Shown one piece after another: positions 1 to 9,370 of a stretch of 64,000 bases of DNA; the stretch's first letter is position 1, and the number at the start of each line of letters is the position of its first letter. Both the position numbers and the translations under genes were made by a program. A model generated the notes under the pieces. The model did not search any database. It was not told the DNA's origin and saw nothing but the letters and a program-made list of their open reading frames with translations. Origin of the DNA: a virus; IMG/VR virus record IMGVR_UViG_3300045772_000033, positions 1 through 64,000 of that record, one strand, 5' to 3'.

Positions 1-52
1 TGAATTTTTCTCTTGCAAAGATTGCAACCAACGTGCTATTCTCCTTTTCGTA

Positions 53-439
53 ATGACTTCTCCCTCCCCCACCAACGGCCCCCAAGTCCTCCGTCTCGAC
101 CCCTCCCCCTCCAAGGTCTTCTCCTGGCTCGAATGGAACCCTGCCGCCGAGGAACTCCGGGACGAGGCCTCCGGCCGCATCTCCCGCCCCGCTGGTCCCA
201 CTCTCCACGTCCGTTACCGCAGTACCGGCGCTGAGTGGGAGTTCTGGCCGGTGAGCGAGCTGGAAGCCCGCACCGTTTTCAATCCCGGCCCGATCTACGA
301 CTACAGCATTGGCCACGCATTCGGGTCGATCATCAAGGCGCACAAGTCAGGCCGGCTCGTGAAGACCGGCGACCGCCAGGCGACCCAACAGCAGCGCGCG
401 GAGGTCGAGCAGCGCGCCGGACGGAGGTGGTTAGTATGA
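53..439 (+). CDS. KTSC-domain-like protein
   Basis: Pattern S..FSWLEWN...TLHVRY.STG.EW.F..V......F.....SIGHAF...IK resembles the KTSC domain. Confidence 0.5.
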   Translation: MTSPSPTNGPQVLRLDPSPSKVFSWLEWNPAAEELRDEASGRISRPAGPTLHVRYRSTGAEWEFWPVSELEARTVFNPGPIYDYSIGHAFGSIIKAHKSGRLVKTGDRQATQQQRAEVEQRAGRRWLV

Positions 440-723
440 TCACGGTCAGATTTCCAAGTGGTTTTTCGGTGCAGTACAATTCGCTCAATAAAATCGCGTG
501 GGACAACGCTGGCTCCCACGGGGCTATGCTCTATGGGTCTAACCCGGACGGCACACGCAATACCGGCTGGAGCGTCCACGTCCCGGCGGAGTGCATTGTT
601 GAATTTATTCGGCCTTGCCGCACGTACCAAGCGGCCAGCGAATCAGCCGAGGCTGAGATGAAGCAGGAAATCGCCGCGCTGAGGAAAGAAATCCGGGCGT
701 TGACGCGGAAGGTGGGCAAGTGA
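436..723 (+). CDS. hypothetical phage protein
   Basis: ATGA overlap with the upstream gene, GGAGG RBS, C-terminal coiled coil. Confidence 0.6.
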   Translation: MITVRFPSGFSVQYNSLNKIAWDNAGSHGAMLYGSNPDGTRNTGWSVHVPAECIVEFIRPCRTYQAASESAEAEMKQEIAALRKEIRALTRKVGK

Positions 724-862
724 TTCTCACCCCCACCGAGCGCCAGGAGATACTTCGCCGGCTCAAGCACGGCCCAACTCTTCCCAAAGACGAACTGGTC
801 AAGTACGCGAACAAGTTGCGCCGGGAAGTTCTGGCTCGGCGAATAGGAAAGCAGGAAGCACA

Positions 863-1222
863 TTGAGCCCAAGACCCCGTCTCCCCAAAACGCAGTGGAA
901 CGAAGATAGCATCCGTGTCGAGGTCAAGGCCGCAGGTCTAATCGACGAGCCGGAGAACGTCAAGGTCTTTGAGGCTTGCCACGCTGAGATGGGCGCCGTG
1001 AGACTCCGGTTGATGCTGGGCTGCTACGGCCCTGGTACGACAACCAAGCCTAAGCCAGCCTACCGATGGTTACTTGGAGAGAGCGCAACAGTTCTTTGTC
1101 GCGATCTGGAGGTCTGTGATTGGTTTCGCTCAGAACTGTTGGCGTGGCTGAAATCTCTGGATGGCATTCAGTTGGCGAGAGTTGATGATGATGATGAAGC
1201 GGGAGAGAATACACTTCGATGA
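863..1222 (+). CDS. hypothetical protein
   Basis: ORF coupled to the downstream GT by an ATGA overlap. Confidence 0.5.
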   Translation: MSPRPRLPKTQWNEDSIRVEVKAAGLIDEPENVKVFEACHAEMGAVRLRLMLGCYGPGTTTKPKPAYRWLLGESATVLCRDLEVCDWFRSELLAWLKSLDGIQLARVDDDDEAGENTLR

Positions 1223-1827
1223 CATTGCCTTCGCCCACTCCCGTCTGTACCTTCGTCGTCTCGGCCTTCAATCGTCCGGTCGAACTGAAGCTATGCTTGC
1301 TTTCGCTTGTTTGTCAGAGTCGTGTTGACTGGTCGGCTATTGTGACGGACAACGCTATGGATTCAACCTACCGTGATCTGAATCGGGATGCGGTTGAGTG
1401 GGTAGGTGATCCGCGAATACAATATACCTACACCGGGGATCAAGCAAAAAACTGCTACATCTCGGCGAATGTTGGCGCGCAGGAAGCTGAGGGTGAATGG
1501 CTGGCGTTTCCCTCCGACGACGGATATGTTTGCCCTTGGTATCTTGAACGGATGCTCCGGCGCGCCGCCGATCTTGACCTGGTCTATTGCGATATAGTGC
1601 TTGGCTCTGCGCAGTCACATCGCGTTCTAAGCCAGCAACCGCGTTGTTGCGAAATCGACAAGACAGGGTTCAGCGTTCGACGGGAATGGTTCAATCGAGT
1701 CGGTGGATTCGTGATCGAGAACGTGGATGGCGGCGCTTCGGCGGCTGACGGCCAGTTCATTGAGCGTGTGGTGGCTGCCGGAGCGAGGTACGGCAAGGTA
1801 GATGAAGTTCTTGTGGTTCATAACTAG
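1219..1827 (+). CDS. glycosyltransferase family 2 (GT-A fold)
   Basis: VVSAFNRP...CLLSLVCQ...IVTDN, NVGAQEAEGEWLAFPSDD (DxD-like), ADGQFIERV. Confidence 0.85.
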   Translation: MTLPSPTPVCTFVVSAFNRPVELKLCLLSLVCQSRVDWSAIVTDNAMDSTYRDLNRDAVEWVGDPRIQYTYTGDQAKNCYISANVGAQEAEGEWLAFPSDDGYVCPWYLERMLRRAADLDLVYCDIVLGSAQSHRVLSQQPRCCEIDKTGFSVRREWFNRVGGFVIENVDGGASAADGQFIERVVAAGARYGKVDEVLVVHN

Positions 1828-1861
1828 GAAAGGGAAAGGGAAAGGGAAGGGAATTATACAC

Positions 1862-1890
1862 TTGACTTCCGTAAGGAACTCAAGTATCTT
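1862..1890 (+). promoter_or_regulatory. sigma70-like promoter of the transposase (probably leaderless mRNA)
   Basis: TTGACT-17bp-TATCTT, ATG 6 nt downstream; the -35 box lies within the left IR. Confidence 0.55.
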
Positions 1891-1896
1891 TAAGTT

Positions 1897-2814
1897 ATGA
1901 GCAAGAGTACAATCAGCACGTTCGAGTTGTTTGCCCTGATTCCTGACGCGGAAACCGCAAGGCTCTATCTGGAGTCGAGACTTTGGCTTAATGGCGTTAC
2001 CTGTCCGACATGCGCGGGCCGTGAGCGCATTACCAATCGCAAGGGTGATTTTTACCGTTGCAACCGTTGCGAGACCACTTTCACGGTTCGTACTGGCACG
2101 ATCTTTGAGCGGTCGCATGTGCCGCTCCATAAGTGGATTTACGCCATGTACCTTGGGGTTACTGCGCGGAAAGGTATCAGTTCGATGCAACTTTCCAAAG
2201 AGATCGGCGTGACTCAGAAAACCGCGCGGTTCATGTTGCAGCGGCTTCGTGAGGCTTGCAGCGGGAAAATAGACAAGCTGTTTGGCTTGATCGAAGTTGA
2301 TGAGTGCTTTGTTGGCGGCAAGGAAGCCAATAAACATGAGTCCAAAAAACTCCGGGCCGGTCGCGGATCGGTGGGCAAGACTGCCATAATCGGTCTCAGG
2401 GAACGGGGAGGAAGGACGATTGCCTTTCCAGTTGAGAACACTGACAAAGAAAATCTGCAAGGCGCGATCCTGAATAACGTAGAGATTGGCTCTCAAGTTA
2501 TGACGGATGAGGCCAGCGGCTATCAGGGCATGGACGGCTTGTTCTACTCTCACGCGACGGTCAATCATAGCGCTGGCGAGTACAGCCGGGGCGATGTGAA
2601 CACGAACTCTATTGAGTCCGTGTGGGCATTGCTCAAGCGTGGCGTCTACGGTACTTGGCATCACATCAGCGCCAAGCATGTTGCTCGGTACGTCAATGAA
2701 GTCACCTTCCGGCTTAACGCGGGCAACGTGGCTAATCACACTTTTGACCGTCTGGACTCGTTCATCCGCGCAGTTGACGGACAACGTCTGACTTACGAAA
2801 GGCTTACAGCATGA
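1897..2814 (+). CDS. IS1595-family DDE transposase
   Basis: Zn ribbon CPTC...CNRC, FTVRTGTIFE, IEVDECFVGG, VMTDE, VNHS...TNSIESVWALLKRG. Confidence 0.95.
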   Translation: MSKSTISTFELFALIPDAETARLYLESRLWLNGVTCPTCAGRERITNRKGDFYRCNRCETTFTVRTGTIFERSHVPLHKWIYAMYLGVTARKGISSMQLSKEIGVTQKTARFMLQRLREACSGKIDKLFGLIEVDECFVGGKEANKHESKKLRAGRGSVGKTAIIGLRERGGRTIAFPVENTDKENLQGAILNNVEIGSQVMTDEASGYQGMDGLFYSHATVNHSAGEYSRGDVNTNSIESVWALLKRGVYGTWHHISAKHVARYVNEVTFRLNAGNVANHTFDRLDSFIRAVDGQRLTYERLTA

Positions 2815-2939
2815 AAGAAACTCCGCAAGTGTTGGACGTGATAACCGATGTAGTGTTGGCGTACAGGCCAACACCGAAGTCAAAGGCAGCGAAGAAGAGA
2901 AAACGGAAAGCGGACAAAAATGCAAAAACTTCTCGTTAG
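2811..2939 (+). CDS. small basic IS-associated ORF (42 aa, MKETPQVLDVITDVVLAYRP...)
   Basis: Read from sequence; overlaps the transposase stop and the next start. Confidence 0.5.
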   Translation: MKETPQVLDVITDVVLAYRPTPKSKAAKKRKRKADKNAKTSR

Positions 2940-3732
2940 CTTTTCGGGGGGTCGATCCTCCGCTTACATGGCGTGGCGTATTAAGAATGAATGGGCCTCT
3001 ACCCACGAACTTGCTTTTGTCTTCGCCAACACAGGTAAAGAACGAGAAGAGACGCTTGTTTTCGTGCAACGGTGCAGCGATGAATGGGGTCTGGGAGTTG
3101 TATGGGTTGAGGCTGTGGCTCACGCCGAACGAGGAATTGCTTCGACTCATCGCATTGTGGATTTTTCCACTGCATCCCGAAACGGAGAGCCGTTTGAAGA
3201 CGTTATCAAAGTCTACGGTATTCCGAATATGAATTACTTGCACTGTACCCGCGAACTCAAAGCCAATGCTATTCGTAGCTATATGCAGAGCATCGGCTGG
3301 AAAGGGTATCTGACCGCCCAAGGAATTCGCATTGATGAGCCAAAGCGCCTCAAACCGAAGGAAGGGGTCATTCGACCTTTGGCAGAGAATTGGCCCACGA
3401 CCAAACCGGAAATATTAGATTGGTGGAAAGATCAAAGGTTCGACCTGGGTTTGAAGGACCATCAGGGGAACTGCGACTGCTGCCACAAAAAACACATTCC
3501 AAAACTTGTTAGGATCGCGCAGGAAAACCCCAACTCCTTTGATTGGTGGGGCCAAATGGAGCATCAATATGGGCTGGCCGGACATAATGAAGACGGTACC
3601 CCTCGCACCTTTTTCCGTGGTCATAGGTCGGCCTCCGATATTGTGGAGATGTCCAAACTCATGACCCTTCCACCCCTTCCCGACGAAGATGAAGACGCCG
3701 GATGCAGCGAAAGCTGTGAGGCTTTCGTATGA
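2920..3732 (+). CDS. PAPS-reductase/DndC-like PP-loop protein (IS passenger)
   Basis: SFSGGRSS PP-loop, ANTGKE, CTRELK, GIRIDE, GNCDCC, C-terminal CSESC. Confidence 0.85.
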   Translation: MQKLLVSFSGGRSSAYMAWRIKNEWASTHELAFVFANTGKEREETLVFVQRCSDEWGLGVVWVEAVAHAERGIASTHRIVDFSTASRNGEPFEDVIKVYGIPNMNYLHCTRELKANAIRSYMQSIGWKGYLTAQGIRIDEPKRLKPKEGVIRPLAENWPTTKPEILDWWKDQRFDLGLKDHQGNCDCCHKKHIPKLVRIAQENPNSFDWWGQMEHQYGLAGHNEDGTPRTFFRGHRSASDIVEMSKLMTLPPLPDEDEDAGCSESCEAFV

Positions 3733-3779
3733 AATCGAAAAACGGAAGTCAAGTATATAAATCCCAAAGGGAATTGACA

Positions 3780-6122
3780 ATGACCCTCGCCATCCACGCC
3801 GCGCGGTACTTTACCTCTGCCACGATTCTTGACGTGACTGCGCTGGTTCGTGAGTTGGCCGCGGTATCAGGCTCTGCGTCTCTTTCTCTTCAGGTGACCA
3901 ATCAGACTTTTCGTACCGATCCCCATCCCGGTGTGCAGAAGCATTTCTTCATCGATTACACGTTGGCTGGCCGGCGCGCGCAGCTCACGGTTATGGAGGG
4001 CGAAGCAGTTGTGATCGGAGAACCGGCCAACCGGACAGTCCGCCAGGCCGCCGTGCGTCCCGCTCACTTTACTGACATCATCATCCCGACTTACAACAAT
4101 GTGGCCCTGACCGCGGCGTGCTTTCGGTCGATCAAAGCCAACACTGCGCCGGGAACCTTTCGTGTGATCTGGGTGGACAACGGCTCAGCGGCTTCCCCCG
4201 CCGCCGAGGACATGACTGCCGCGTCCGTCGAACTCGATGGTGTGGACCGGATATGCGTCTATCTACCCACGAACCTCGGCTTCGTTGGCGCGGTGAATGA
4301 AGGATTGCGGCTTTCGGATGCCCCGTCGGTCTGCTTCCTGAACAATGACACTGTGGTCACCCCCCGTTGGTTGGAAAAGCTGACCGCCGTCCTCTATTCC
4401 CCTTCTTCCCCCAGCCTCGGCATCGTAGGCCCGATGACGGCCTACGACCGCCCTGGATTCTGCGACTCGCCTCATAATCTGAACCTGCACTCCGGGCTTC
4501 TTCCTGAAGAGGCCCGCCAGTGGACCCTGGATCGGCTGAGTGCGGAACTGGAAGCGCGCTACTCCGGCCAGTCTCACCCAACAGAGTTTGTGGCCTTCCT
4601 CTGCGCTCTCCTGAAACGCGAGACTATCAGCCGTGTCGGCTATCTTGACACCAGGTTCGACATGGGGATGTGGGATGACGTGGACTACAACCGATCAGCT
4701 ATAGCTAGTGGCTACTCGGTCGCACTCGCCCTCGACACGTGTATCTATCACCGGGGTCGCAGCACTTTCGCGGTCGTCGAGCAGTCAGAGAATTTGGACG
4801 TGGGCGGACTGCTGAGCCGAAACAAGGCGTATCTCGACGAGAAGTGGCGGGACTACACTCCCGGTACGTGGACTTTACGGAAGAAGGCCAAGGCGGTGAT
4901 GCTGGCACTCTACCCGTATCAAGGACAGGGACTTGACGCGTGGATCGATCATGGGGCGGGAATGACCTACACGGCTGCCAAGGCGGCTGGAGCCGACCTG
5001 GACTTCATTGATATGAAATCCCTCCGCGACGATGAAGATCTGCGGCATCGCTTGCGCGGGTATGATCTTGTCTGCTTCGGACTGAAGTCCTCCTATTACG
5101 CGCTGGGGATGAAGATCGCGGACATCGCCAAGGAGCAGGGATCGCGAGTGCTGGTTGGGGGATACCACGTAACCGCTGCTCCTGAGCAACTCCTCGAAAA
5201 CCCCAAGATCGACTGGGTGATGCACGGCGAGAGTGAGATTACTTTTGCCAAGTTCCTCGCTGACCCGGACTCGTTCCCCTGCGAGTTCTGGGGCGAGAAG
5301 CCCGCTGATCTCGATGCGCTCCCGTGGATGGACCGCTCGATGTTCCGTGACCCCACTGAGCCAGTCGAGGGCTGGTGGTATCCAGTGCCAGGGCAGCGGC
5401 GCGCGAAGATGGTAAGTGTAATGGCTGCAAGGGGTTGCCCGTATGGGTGCCTTTTTTGCCAACCTATCGAACGCAATCATTTTGGTCTGAAACTTCGTCG
5501 GCGCTCAGTGGACAGCATGATCGCGGAAATGCTCATGCTCAAGGAGAAGTATCAGCCCGACTGCATCATGATCCACGACGACACTTTTTTGCTCCAAAGA
5601 AAGTGGATCGAAGAGTTTATTGAGAAATATCCCCAGGTTGGGCTGCCATTCTGGGCCGCGGGCCGGGCCGACGGTATCTGCCGTGATCCTGACCTCGTGA
5701 AAGGTCTGATTGGCGTTGGGTGGGAGCTAATCTCCGTTGGGTTTGAGTCCGGCAGTCAGCGTATTCTGGATCTTATGAAGAAGGGAACGACGGTTGAGCA
5801 GAATCTGGAGGCCGCGCGGATTGTGCATAGTCTGGGCGGGAAACTTTACGGGAACTACATGCTGGGGACTCCGTGGGAAACTCATGAGGACACGGATGCC
5901 ACTATTCGCATGGCTCAAGAGATCAACGCGGAGATGCCTTCGTTCGCCGCGTTCGCGCCGTACCCAGGAAGCGGTCTAGGCCAGCGGTGCATCGACGAAG
6001 GGTTGTCATTGCTTGATAGGAACAGCTACGACCGTTGCCCGTCCGGGATAAAGTGCAGAGGTGTGGACTACGAATTCGTTTACGGGCGGTTAGCGGGATT
6101 TCACCGCGGGGTGCGAATCTGA
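3780..6122 (+). CDS. fusion: small N-terminal domain + GT2 glycosyltransferase + B12-binding radical SAM
   Basis: IIIPTYNN/VDNGS/NLGFVGAVNEG/FLNNDT (GT2); LVGGYHVT, GESE (B12-binding); RGCPYGCLFC, DDTF, GFESGSQRIL (radical SAM). Start placed at ATG 3780, outside the IS. Confidence 0.9.
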   Translation: MTLAIHAARYFTSATILDVTALVRELAAVSGSASLSLQVTNQTFRTDPHPGVQKHFFIDYTLAGRRAQLTVMEGEAVVIGEPANRTVRQAAVRPAHFTDIIIPTYNNVALTAACFRSIKANTAPGTFRVIWVDNGSAASPAAEDMTAASVELDGVDRICVYLPTNLGFVGAVNEGLRLSDAPSVCFLNNDTVVTPRWLEKLTAVLYSPSSPSLGIVGPMTAYDRPGFCDSPHNLNLHSGLLPEEARQWTLDRLSAELEARYSGQSHPTEFVAFLCALLKRETISRVGYLDTRFDMGMWDDVDYNRSAIASGYSVALALDTCIYHRGRSTFAVVEQSENLDVGGLLSRNKAYLDEKWRDYTPGTWTLRKKAKAVMLALYPYQGQGLDAWIDHGAGMTYTAAKAAGADLDFIDMKSLRDDEDLRHRLRGYDLVCFGLKSSYYALGMKIADIAKEQGSRVLVGGYHVTAAPEQLLENPKIDWVMHGESEITFAKFLADPDSFPCEFWGEKPADLDALPWMDRSMFRDPTEPVEGWWYPVPGQRRAKMVSVMAARGCPYGCLFCQPIERNHFGLKLRRRSVDSMIAEMLMLKEKYQPDCIMIHDDTFLLQRKWIEEFIEKYPQVGLPFWAAGRADGICRDPDLVKGLIGVGWELISVGFESGSQRILDLMKKGTTVEQNLEAARIVHSLGGKLYGNYMLGTPWETHEDTDATIRMAQEINAEMPSFAAFAPYPGSGLGQRCIDEGLSLLDRNSYDRCPSGIKCRGVDYEFVYGRLAGFHRGVRI

Positions 6123-6160
6123 TTCTGTTGCTTTAGAAAATCTTCTATCGGAGGCTAAAA

Positions 6161-7009
6161 ATGGCTGACTCAAAAATTCTTCTTGGTTTTCTCTCGGCAT
6201 ATCACCCGTCCCGCTGGCATCGTCGCCAAATCCTGCGGGACCAGTGCCTCAAGAACTCTCCCCTCCCTTACAAGTTTGTTTTTGGCGACGAGCCACATCC
6301 AGGAGATCGAGATCGCTGCGGAATACCTGATGATGAAATCCTTCATGCGCCAGGGTCCGACGCCAAGAAGTTTTTGCATTTGAAAGATCAAGCCCTTTTT
6401 CGCTACGCATTGGAGAATGGGTTCGATTACTGCCTACGCTGTACAGACGATACGTGGGTTTACCCGGATCGCATCATCAAGGCCGGTCTTGAAGCCTTCG
6501 ATTACGCTGGAGCGTTTCCCTGTAAGTTCAAACTCGGCGGCACTTTCCCGATCCCATTCAAGTACCTGAATTTCGCCCACGGGGGATGTGGTGTGTGGCT
6601 TTCACGTAAGGCGATGGAGATGCTGGTCGCGGATGAGTGGAACGAGCACTATTTTGAAGACTGGCCGGAGAAGATTGATGTCGGTTTTGGACTGACTTAC
6701 TCACGTCCCGATCATCTGTGGGATGATTTGTGGATGGGAGAGGTTCTCCAGGGCAACCTCACTTATTCGGACCCGCTGCGTGGCCAACCGTGGGACTCAT
6801 ACCGCGCCAACGGCATCGCCGTCTTTGAAGATGAAATGCTTTTTTGGAACGATGATCCTAAGCGCCCGCTGACTATTCACGATCCGGGGGTGAGCAAGCC
6901 AAACGCGCCGGAGATGGATGAACTGGAGGCGCAGGCCAAGCAGCGTGGTGTGGCGATGAGCATGGCAATGAGGCGTCAGGCCAGCGCCGAGGAGGTTTCC
7001 AATGTTTGA
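6161..7009 (+). CDS. GT31/galactosyltransferase-like glycosyltransferase
   Basis: R..LRDQ, FVFG, L.LK, FDYCLRCTDDTWV, GGCGVWLSRKA, DDLWMG. Confidence 0.75.
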   Translation: MADSKILLGFLSAYHPSRWHRRQILRDQCLKNSPLPYKFVFGDEPHPGDRDRCGIPDDEILHAPGSDAKKFLHLKDQALFRYALENGFDYCLRCTDDTWVYPDRIIKAGLEAFDYAGAFPCKFKLGGTFPIPFKYLNFAHGGCGVWLSRKAMEMLVADEWNEHYFEDWPEKIDVGFGLTYSRPDHLWDDLWMGEVLQGNLTYSDPLRGQPWDSYRANGIAVFEDEMLFWNDDPKRPLTIHDPGVSKPNAPEMDELEAQAKQRGVAMSMAMRRQASAEEVSNV

Positions 7010-7544
7010 AAACGACTTTTCTCCGCAGCGCCAGGTTCAGCGCGTCGGTGATTTCTTCGATCTCCGCAAGGAATACCGGCTGAACGCTCTGCTCTCTTTG
7101 CGCCGGCGCGAAGGTCTGCCTTCTCCTGTTGACGCTGAGGGCCACCCTCTCGAAACTCGCATGGACGATCTTGGCAACGCGACTTACCACAGTGCCGACG
7201 GCAAGCAGGTCAACCGCGTCTTCTTTGCCGGTGCCGGGCGCGACGGCAAGCCCGGTGCGTTCGCGGTTGGCCAGCGGAAAGGGATGGACAAGGCCGAAGC
7301 CGATGCCCAGTGGGGGTCAATCGACGGCGTCGGCGAATTTCAAATTCTGGATGTGGCAGAGGACGGCCGCAAACTCGCCGGCGAGATGCTTGATCTCAAA
7401 CGCGATGCCGGAGCCTTCGAGATGGCCGAACGCATCAACTTCGGCCCGGCCGGCGAGCAGGCGCCCGGATTCGAGTTGGATGGCACTTCGGACGCGGAAG
7501 TGGACGCAAGGTTGCAGGAGTATTTGAAGAAGGGACCACAATGA
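7002..7544 (+). CDS. hypothetical protein
   Basis: GGAGG RBS, overlap coupling, GC3-rich codons. Confidence 0.65.
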   Translation: MFENDFSPQRQVQRVGDFFDLRKEYRLNALLSLRRREGLPSPVDAEGHPLETRMDDLGNATYHSADGKQVNRVFFAGAGRDGKPGAFAVGQRKGMDKAEADAQWGSIDGVGEFQILDVAEDGRKLAGEMLDLKRDAGAFEMAERINFGPAGEQAPGFELDGTSDAEVDARLQEYLKKGPQ

Positions 7545-8320
7545 ACCAAGAAATTGAATCCGTAAAACCGGCAATATCCGTCGTCCTCGATGACGGTGAC
7601 TTCATCATCAACTCGGTTGGGCCGATTGGCAAGGCCATGGCCCAGGCCATTCTTCCCCTCGCCTCTGCCGCGCGCAAAGTCACGATCATCTGCGATGGCT
7701 CGATGACAGTGATGAAGCGCGCTGCGGACGGCTTCGGACGGGTGCCGGAGCCATCGGGTTTGGCTGGCGAGCGACAAGCGGCATCACAGCAACAGGCCGC
7801 AGAGGCCAGACGGCCTGCGCTACCGTCTGCCCCTGACATCCAAGACCAGTTCGCTTCCGATCTCGAAGCGGGCCTCACAGGTGAACAGGCGATGGGAGAA
7901 TCTCCGGTGCCAACCCCCGGTCCCAGTGATCCGATCAAGATTCCCGCAACTCGGCGCAAGCCGCAAATCTTCCAGGATGCTGCCGCGCCGCCCGCGCCGG
8001 AGTTGGCTGAGGCTGAGATGGCTCAGCTTCTCGCCGAGGCAGCCCAAGCTGAGCAGGACGCGGCCAAAGTTACTGAGGACCGCCGATTTCAGGCGCAGCA
8101 GGCGGTACAGGCTGGACAGGAGCCTGCTGATGAGCCTGCTGAAGCCAAGCCCGCTCCACGCAAGCGTGAACCCAGGAAGCTTGCCACTACAGGCCGGCCT
8201 TGCGGACGTTGCGGCGGCGGTGGACAGATTGCCGGCGAAAGCGGATTCTCCGGGGCTTGCCCGGTTTGCCACGGTGAAGGCCAGGTCAAGACCTGGGACC
8301 GCGCGCTGAAGGTGATGTAA
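7541..8320 (+). CDS. hypothetical protein with C-terminal DnaJ-type Zn finger
   Basis: CGRCGGGG...CPVCHGEG. Confidence 0.65.
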   Translation: MNQEIESVKPAISVVLDDGDFIINSVGPIGKAMAQAILPLASAARKVTIICDGSMTVMKRAADGFGRVPEPSGLAGERQAASQQQAAEARRPALPSAPDIQDQFASDLEAGLTGEQAMGESPVPTPGPSDPIKIPATRRKPQIFQDAAAPPAPELAEAEMAQLLAEAAQAEQDAAKVTEDRRFQAQQAVQAGQEPADEPAEAKPAPRKREPRKLATTGRPCGRCGGGGQIAGESGFSGACPVCHGEGQVKTWDRALKVM

Positions 8321-8323
8321 GCG

Positions 8324-8656
8324 ATGAACGGCGAAGATTGGACCAGTTACGAGTTTCAGCCCGCGCCGCGAGACCTGCTGTGCCAGTTCCGCGGTCATGC
8401 AGGGTTCGTGAAATCGGATGGCGTTTTTGTTGGCCCAGTATGCACAGGCTACGCCAAGGACTTTTCGCCATACTGCAACGTCCATGGCATCGAATGGAAT
8501 TTGACCGGGATTGCGCGCGAGCAGTTGGATCGGATGCCAGAAGAGGTCAGGCGGCAGGTGATGCCTTTAGCGGGTTGGCGGCAAATGCTGAACGGCCTGG
8601 TGGGAAACGAGCTGGCACCTTCACAGGCAGAGGTAGATGCGATGGTGGCGATATAG
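8324..8656 (+). CDS. hypothetical protein
   Basis: ORF in operon context. Confidence 0.5.
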   Translation: MNGEDWTSYEFQPAPRDLLCQFRGHAGFVKSDGVFVGPVCTGYAKDFSPYCNVHGIEWNLTGIAREQLDRMPEEVRRQVMPLAGWRQMLNGLVGNELAPSQAEVDAMVAI

Positions 8657-8758
8657 CAGATGTGCTGCGTGTCTATGCTCATGGGTGTGTTTTCTGATTG
8701 CTTGGGCGGAATGCGTCTGTCCAGATTGTGGTATTCTTAGTTGCGAACGAATAAGAGG

Positions 8759-9370
8759 ATGATCTCCCCCATGTCCACCGTCTCCGAATCCGCTCTCCCC
8801 CACTGCACGAACCCGCAGCACCCCCGTGGTATGCCGACGCGCATGATCTTTCTCCAGACAAAGGACCATGCGCACGTCTTCGGCTGCCAGGCTTGCCGCG
8901 ACGTGAATCACAAGCTCTCAATCCGGGTGATGACCGAGCAGTTATACAAGCGGGAGGTTCGGAAATCGCTCGCTCCGGGACAACTATTGCAAGGGCCAAT
9001 GCAGCGCCGTCGGCGTTCGCCGTACGAGATCGACCGGATGCGGGAGATGAGCTTGGACGCTCGGCGGGTTCGCGAGGCGGTCCAAGCGTTTGACTGGGAC
9101 TCGGAGCATAACCGCACGAAGGACGGCAAGTACGAATTGGTCGAGTACCGCCAACTAGGCAACGGCGCGGTTCAGATACAGATGGCGGTCGGCGGCAAAC
9201 TTTGCCCGCAGATGGACGACCACATCGCCAGCCGGGAAGAGTTCCGAACCGAGGAAGCGTACTGGCGCCGTGTGGCCCGTGGATCGGAAACGATGCTGCA
9301 TCTCTACGGCGACCCCAGAAATCCGCTGTCGCCGGAAGAGTCAGCGCAACGAGAGAAGGAGACGTATTGA
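8759..9370 (+). CDS. hypothetical protein with C/H-CxxC motif
   Basis: CTNPQH...FGCQAC; paralogue of the next gene. Confidence 0.6.
   Translation: MISPMSTVSESALPHCTNPQHPRGMPTRMIFLQTKDHAHVFGCQACRDVNHKLSIRVMTEQLYKREVRKSLAPGQLLQGPMQRRRRSPYEIDRMREMSLDARRVREAVQAFDWDSEHNRTKDGKYELVEYRQLGNGAVQIQMAVGGKLCPQMDDHIASREEFRTEEAYWRRVARGSETMLHLYGDPRNPLSPEESAQREKETY

Larger units (their letters stand above)
1849..3765 (+). mobile_element. IS1595-family element (1917 bp) with passenger genes
   Basis: 24-bp terminal IRs (1849-1872 gggaattatacacttgacttccgt; 3742-3765, 2 mismatches); 8-bp target duplication aaagggaa at 1841-1848 and 3766-3773. Confidence 0.95.

Noticed and set aside
1627-3321. 564-aa minus-strand ORF
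   Set aside because: Antisense shadow of the transposase and passenger; it crosses the IS boundary
2920-3732. Dnd/Ssp phosphorothioate system
   Set aside because: Only a lone PP-loop protein inside an IS; no DndD/E or Ssp partners
3729-3779. Listed start of the 797-aa ORF
   Set aside because: Lies inside the IS right end; the native start is ATG 3780
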